Positions 7,962-11,848 of a stretch of 11,848 nucleotides of DNA are shown piece by piece (the stretch's first letter is position 1; each line of letters opens with the position of its first letter). The position numbers were made by a program, and so were the translations under genes. The notes below the pieces were generated by a model that made no database searches, was not told the origin of the DNA, and saw nothing but the letters and a program-made list of their open reading frames with translations. This DNA is from a bacterium (lineage in GTDB: Bacteria > DUMJ01): contig JBMFMV010000058.1 in assembly GCA_049970495.1 (NCBI GenBank), forward strand, positions 1 to 11,848, written 5' to 3'.

Positions 7962-8008
7962 TAACCGCCTCCCTATAACTTTTCTATATCAACAATAACT
8001 TAGGGTTT

Positions 8009-8019
8009 ATTATATCACA
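8009..8019 (-). promoter_or_regulatory. Extended -10 promoter (TGTG-A-TATAAT) for the FMN-binding/flavodoxin unit
   Basis: The minus strand reads TGTGATATAAT (8019-8009), a TRTGn-TATAAT consensus about 47 nt upstream of ATG 7961. The -35 is poor. Confidence 0.65.
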
Positions 8020-8031
8020 ATTCGAGAGTAA

Positions 8032-8316
8032 GGGAAAAAGAGTTACCTGCAAGCCAAAGATTTACTTGAGAGATTCTTACAGACATTTAAAGCGCTCAAT
8101 GAACAATGTCACAGTAAGCATGCCTTTGTAAGGAACGAGGGGATGATAGCGCTATTACTAATACTATTTGCATCATTTATAACAATACAAGTTTATAGGA
8201 CCTTAGTTGAAGAGTATAAAGAGGGATTGAATCTGAAGAGATGGCATAGGGTGTCATTTAGGTTATTAAGGAAAGACTTCCTCAAGACATTGGGACATTA
8301 TGAGGATACTTCTTAA
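8032..8316 (+). pseudogene. Probable DDE transposase C-terminal remnant (94 open codons, no start at the 5' end)
   Basis: Frame 1 is open from TAA 8029-8031 to TAA 8314-8316: GKKSYLQAKDLLERFLQTFKALNEQCHSKHAFVRNEGMIALLLILFASFITIQVYRTLVEEYKEGLNLKRWHRVSFRLLRKDFLKTLGHYEDTS. The 'F..L......H.F', hydrophobic helix and terminal 'DTS' resemble the region after the catalytic Glu of IS4/ISAs1-like transposases. This is recognition by eye only. Confidence 0.45.
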
Positions 8317-8321
8317 AGGAT

Positions 8322-8339
8322 TTAGAGCTATTAGAGCTA
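8322..8339. repeat. 9-bp perfect tandem duplication TTAGAGCTA-TTAGAGCTA
   Basis: Read directly: 8322-8330 and 8331-8339 are identical, with 5 nt between the putative remnant's stop and the first copy. Confidence 0.85.
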
Positions 8340-8361
8340 ATAAAATTTATCTTCAATTTTT

Positions 8362-8370
8362 TGTTATAAT
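8362..8370 (+). promoter_or_regulatory. Extended -10 promoter (TG-T-TATAAT) for the dehydrogenase-pstS-arsC-pyrR unit
   Basis: TGTTATAAT lies in an AT-rich stretch 34 nt before ATG 8405. The RBS AAAGGAGG is at 8388-8395. Confidence 0.7.
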
Positions 8371-8404
8371 ATATAAGTATTTTTATAAAAGGAGGTCTTC
8401 CTCT

Positions 8405-9421
8405 ATGAAGGCGGTCTATTTAGAGTCGCCAAAGAATGCATTTATAAAAGAGATCGGAGAACCTTTATGTCCTGAAGGTTACGTAAAAATAAAGGTAAGG
8501 TTTGTAGGTATATGTGGTTCAGATGTCTCTGCCTATAAAGGGACATCTCCTATGTGTATTTACCCTAGGATAATAGGCCATGAGATAGTTGGAGAAATAG
8601 TGGAGATAAATGATAGAACTACTAACCTAAAGATTAGAGACAGGGTAATTCTTGAACCATATGTATGTTGTGGAAGATGTTATCCCTGTTTAAATGGGAG
8701 AACAAACTCTTGTGAGAACCTAAAAGTTTTAGGTGTCCATATAGATGGAGGGATGACTGAATATATTTCCCACCCTGCCTATCTTATTCACAGACTTCCT
8801 GATTCTTTGTCTTTTGAAGAGGCAGTTATGGCTGAGCCTCTTTCTATAGCTTTACATTCGATCCATAGGTTAAGATTAAAGCCAGGAGAGCACATAGTAA
8901 TATTTGGAGCAGGTCAGATTGGGAATCTTGCTGCACAAGCATCTTTATTTTTTGGAGCTATTCCAATACTTATAGACATATTATATGAAAGGTTAAATAT
9001 AGCTAAAAATCTTGGTATAGAAAATGTTTTAAACCCCAGAACAGAGGATATTATAGAAAGGATAAAATGGATTACTAATAACAGAATGGCGGAATGTGTT
9101 ATAGAAGCTACCGGTTCTTCTTTTGGGATAAGAACAGCGTTAGATGTTGTCTCCTTTACTGGTAGAATAGCTCTTGTAGGTTGGCCTAATCAGGAGATAA
9201 CTCTTCCAACAGCATTAATTACTAGAAAAGAATTAGATGTATATGGGTCCAGGAATAGTGTTGGAGAATTCCCGTTAGCTTTAGAGATGATAGAGAAGAA
9301 AAGGATTAATGTAAAGGCTCTTATAAGTAAGGTTGTCTCTCTGGAAGAGATACCTGAATATTTACATGTATTGGCAGAAGAGCCTTCAAAATTTTTAAAG
9401 GTATTAGGAAAAGTGGAATAA
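8405..9421 (+). CDS. Zinc-dependent medium-chain (MDR) sugar/sugar-acid dehydrogenase, YjjN/LgoD-like
   Basis: Start revised from 8300 to ATG 8405 (MKAVYLESP), which follows AAAGGAGG. Catalytic Zn 'GICGSD', 'GHE'; structural Zn 'CGRCYPC...NSC'; 'AEPLSIALH'; Rossmann 'GAGQIG'; 'GSRNS'. Confidence 0.9.
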   Translation: MKAVYLESPKNAFIKEIGEPLCPEGYVKIKVRFVGICGSDVSAYKGTSPMCIYPRIIGHEIVGEIVEINDRTTNLKIRDRVILEPYVCCGRCYPCLNGRTNSCENLKVLGVHIDGGMTEYISHPAYLIHRLPDSLSFEEAVMAEPLSIALHSIHRLRLKPGEHIVIFGAGQIGNLAAQASLFFGAIPILIDILYERLNIAKNLGIENVLNPRTEDIIERIKWITNNRMAECVIEATGSSFGIRTALDVVSFTGRIALVGWPNQEITLPTALITRKELDVYGSRNSVGEFPLALEMIEKKRINVKALISKVVSLEEIPEYLHVLAEEPSKFLKVLGKVE

Positions 9422-9444
9422 ATTTCTAAAACCAAGGAGGTAAG

Positions 9445-10281
9445 ATGTTTAAAAGACTTTTAATCTTATTTTTACTCTTAGTCTTCCCTTTATCAGTATA
9501 TTCAGCTACTGTAGTGAGGGGAAGGATTACTATTAAGGGATCGGATACAATGGTTATCTTGGTTCAAAGATTAGCGGAAGAGTATATGCTCAAAAATAGA
9601 GGTAAGATTATCCAGGTAACGGGTGGTGGGACAGGTATTGGAGTAGCAGGACTTATAAATAAGGTAACTGATATAGCTAATGCTTCTAGGCCATTGACAG
9701 ATAAAGAGAGGGAAGATATCAAAAAAGCTTGGGGTAGAGAACCTAGAGAGATTAAAATAGCATTAGATGGAATTACTATATATGTCAATCCCTCAAACCC
9801 TATCAAGGAGATCTCTCTAGAGCAGTTAAAAGAGATATATACTGGCAAGATCAAGAGCTGGAAAGAGTTAGGATGGGAGGACAAACCTATAATAGTATAT
9901 ACTAGAGAAAATAACTCTGGGACGTATGTCTTCTTTAAGGAACACGTATTGAATAATGAGGACTATACTAATAGGGCTCAAAGTTTGCCTGGGACAGGTG
10001 GAATTGTTAACGCGGTTTCAAAAGAGAAATACGCGATAGGGTATGGGGGAATTGCATACTCTAAAGGGGTTAAGATCTTAGCGGTAAAAAAGAGCAATAA
10101 AACTAAAGCATATCTGCCAACCGAAGACAATATAAGAAAGAGTCTTTATCCTATAAGTAGATATCTCTATATGTACACCTGTATCTATGATGATCCAGAG
10201 GTAAAGTCTTTTATGGATTGGGTATTAAGCCCAGATGGTCAGAAGATTGTCTCTCAGGTTGGATATTTCCCTGTAAGGTGA
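9445..10281 (+). CDS. pstS: Phosphate ABC transporter substrate-binding protein PstS
   Basis: Signal peptide with no lipobox. Motifs 'TIKGSDTM', 'GGGTGIG', 'DIANASR', '[14 protein letters not shown]', '[11 protein letters not shown]', 'AIGYGG', '[10 protein letters not shown]', '[15 protein letters not shown]'. RBS AAGGAGGT. Confidence 0.92.
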   Translation: MFKRLLILFLLLVFPLSVYSATVVRGRITIKGSDTMVILVQRLAEEYMLKNRGKIIQVTGGGTGIGVAGLINKVTDIANASRPLTDKEREDIKKAWGREPREIKIALDGITIYVNPSNPIKEISLEQLKEIYTGKIKSWKELGWEDKPIIVYTRENNSGTYVFFKEHVLNNEDYTNRAQSLPGTGGIVNAVSKEKYAIGYGGIAYSKGVKILAVKKSNKTKAYLPTEDNIRKSLYPISRYLYMYTCIYDDPEVKSFMDWVLSPDGQKIVSQVGYFPVR

Positions 10282-10286
10282 ATGTT

Positions 10287-11233
<947 letters not shown>

Positions 11234-11260
11234 ATTCTAGTTTTGTAAAAACAGATGAGG

Positions 11261-11294
11261 ATAATAGGAAGGGGGGTTACTTTCTATTGTGTTT
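11261..11294 (+). terminator. Possible weak terminator or stem-loop downstream of pyrR
   Basis: ATAATAGGAAG (11261-11271) can pair with CTTTCTATTGT (11280-11290), giving 11 bp with two G-U pairs and an 8-nt loop. Only GTTT follows it. Confidence 0.35.
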
Positions 11295-11330
11295 AAAGTT
11301 AATAAAAAATGAAAAAAGGAGGGATTTTAA

Positions 11331-11848
11331 ATGGTTGAACTTGACCTGGGTAAATCTTTAAAGTCCAATCTTATCATTTGGTTTCTTGTATTTTCACTTG
11401 TTCCTTTCTCAATTTTGGCCCTTTTGGGTTATTCCAAATTTAGAAGTACCACTGAAGAAACTTATATAAAGTCCTTACAGAGTCTAGCAAGAGCACAGGC
11501 AGAAGATATAGGACTAATTCTTAAAGAAAATCTTTTAAAGTTAGAGATGATTTCTGGTAGAACCGACCTTATAATGTCAAGGCTAGAGGAGTATGTCAAG
11601 AAAAATCCTGACTGGTACGATATATTTATGACCGATAACAAAGGGAGAGGTTTGACTACCAAAGGTATAAGTATAGATGTCTCTACTAGTGACTTTTTTA
11701 AAACTGTTATGAGTACTAAGAAGAGTACCATATCTAGTGGTATGATTCCAGATAAGAATGAGCCAACTATCATTTTGGCAGTCCCTATTTTAGATCCGAA
11801 TGGCAATCCTTATGGAGTCCTTGGAGCCTATTATCCAGTAAAGATATT
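11331..11848 (+). CDS. Membrane sensor with extracytoplasmic Cache domain (methyl-accepting chemotaxis protein or histidine kinase/diguanylate cyclase), 3'-truncated; absent from the ORF track
   Basis: RBS AAAGGAGG, then ATG 11331, open to the window end: MVELDLGKSLKSNLIIWFLVFSLVPFSILALLGY (TM1), a long helix, then 'DIFMTDNKGRG...IDVSTSDFFKTVM...STISSG...EPTIILAVPILDPNGNPYGVLGA', typical of dCache_1. Confidence 0.85.
   Translation, partial: MVELDLGKSLKSNLIIWFLVFSLVPFSILALLGYSKFRSTTEETYIKSLQSLARAQAEDIGLILKENLLKLEMISGRTDLIMSRLEEYVKKNPDWYDIFMTDNKGRGLTTKGISIDVSTSDFFKTVMSTKKSTISSGMIPDKNEPTIILAVPILDPNGNPYGVLGAYYPVKI

Noticed and set aside
8300..8404. 35-aa N-terminal extension of the Zn-dehydrogenase in the ORF track
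   Set aside because: It spans the promoter (-10 at 8365-8370) and the RBS (8388-8395). MDR homology starts at MKAVYL (8405).
10218..10286. N-terminal extension of arsC overlapping pstS
   Set aside because: It overlaps the pstS 3' end by 64 nt. The RBS and family N-terminus point to ATG 10287.
11234..11330. Sigma-28 promoter or PyrR attenuator upstream of the sensor gene
   Set aside because: No correctly spaced TAAA-N15-GCCGATAA match and no PyrR binding-loop consensus; only a weak hairpin.
11462..11806. 114-aa minus-strand ORF
   Set aside because: Antisense to the real plus-strand Cache-domain gene starting at 11331.

Overview
An AT-rich bacterial chromosomal segment. The Thermotoga-type family-5 binding protein and the non-lipoprotein signal peptides suggest a diderm, possibly thermophilic anaerobe such as a Dictyoglomus/Thermotoga-like lineage (inference only). 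It has four parts. (1) 1-7018 (+) is the 3' part of a tightly coupled carbohydrate-catabolic operon: beta-propeller glycosidase-like gene (partial), ROK repressor, Gfo/Idh/MocA oxidoreductase, Cys-type sulfatase-family enzyme, TIM-barrel epimerase/isomerase and a family-5 ABC binding protein, closed by an intrinsic terminator. (2) 7058-7961 (-) is a two-gene flavoprotein unit: a membrane-anchored FMN-binding (flavinylation motif) protein whose RBS-supported start is out of frame by one base, plus a flavodoxin_5 protein. (3) 8032-8339 is an unannotated open frame resembling a DDE transposase C-terminus, followed by a 9-bp tandem duplication. (4) 8405-11233 (+) is an unusual apparent operon of Zn-dehydrogenase, orphan pstS, arsC and orphan pyrR. 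It is followed by the 5' end of a Cache-domain membrane sensor gene missing from the ORF track. The best candidate for an undescribed system is the sulfatase/oxidoreductase/TIM-barrel/propeller operon for a modified (sulfated) glycoside. No RNA genes or CRISPR arrays were seen.
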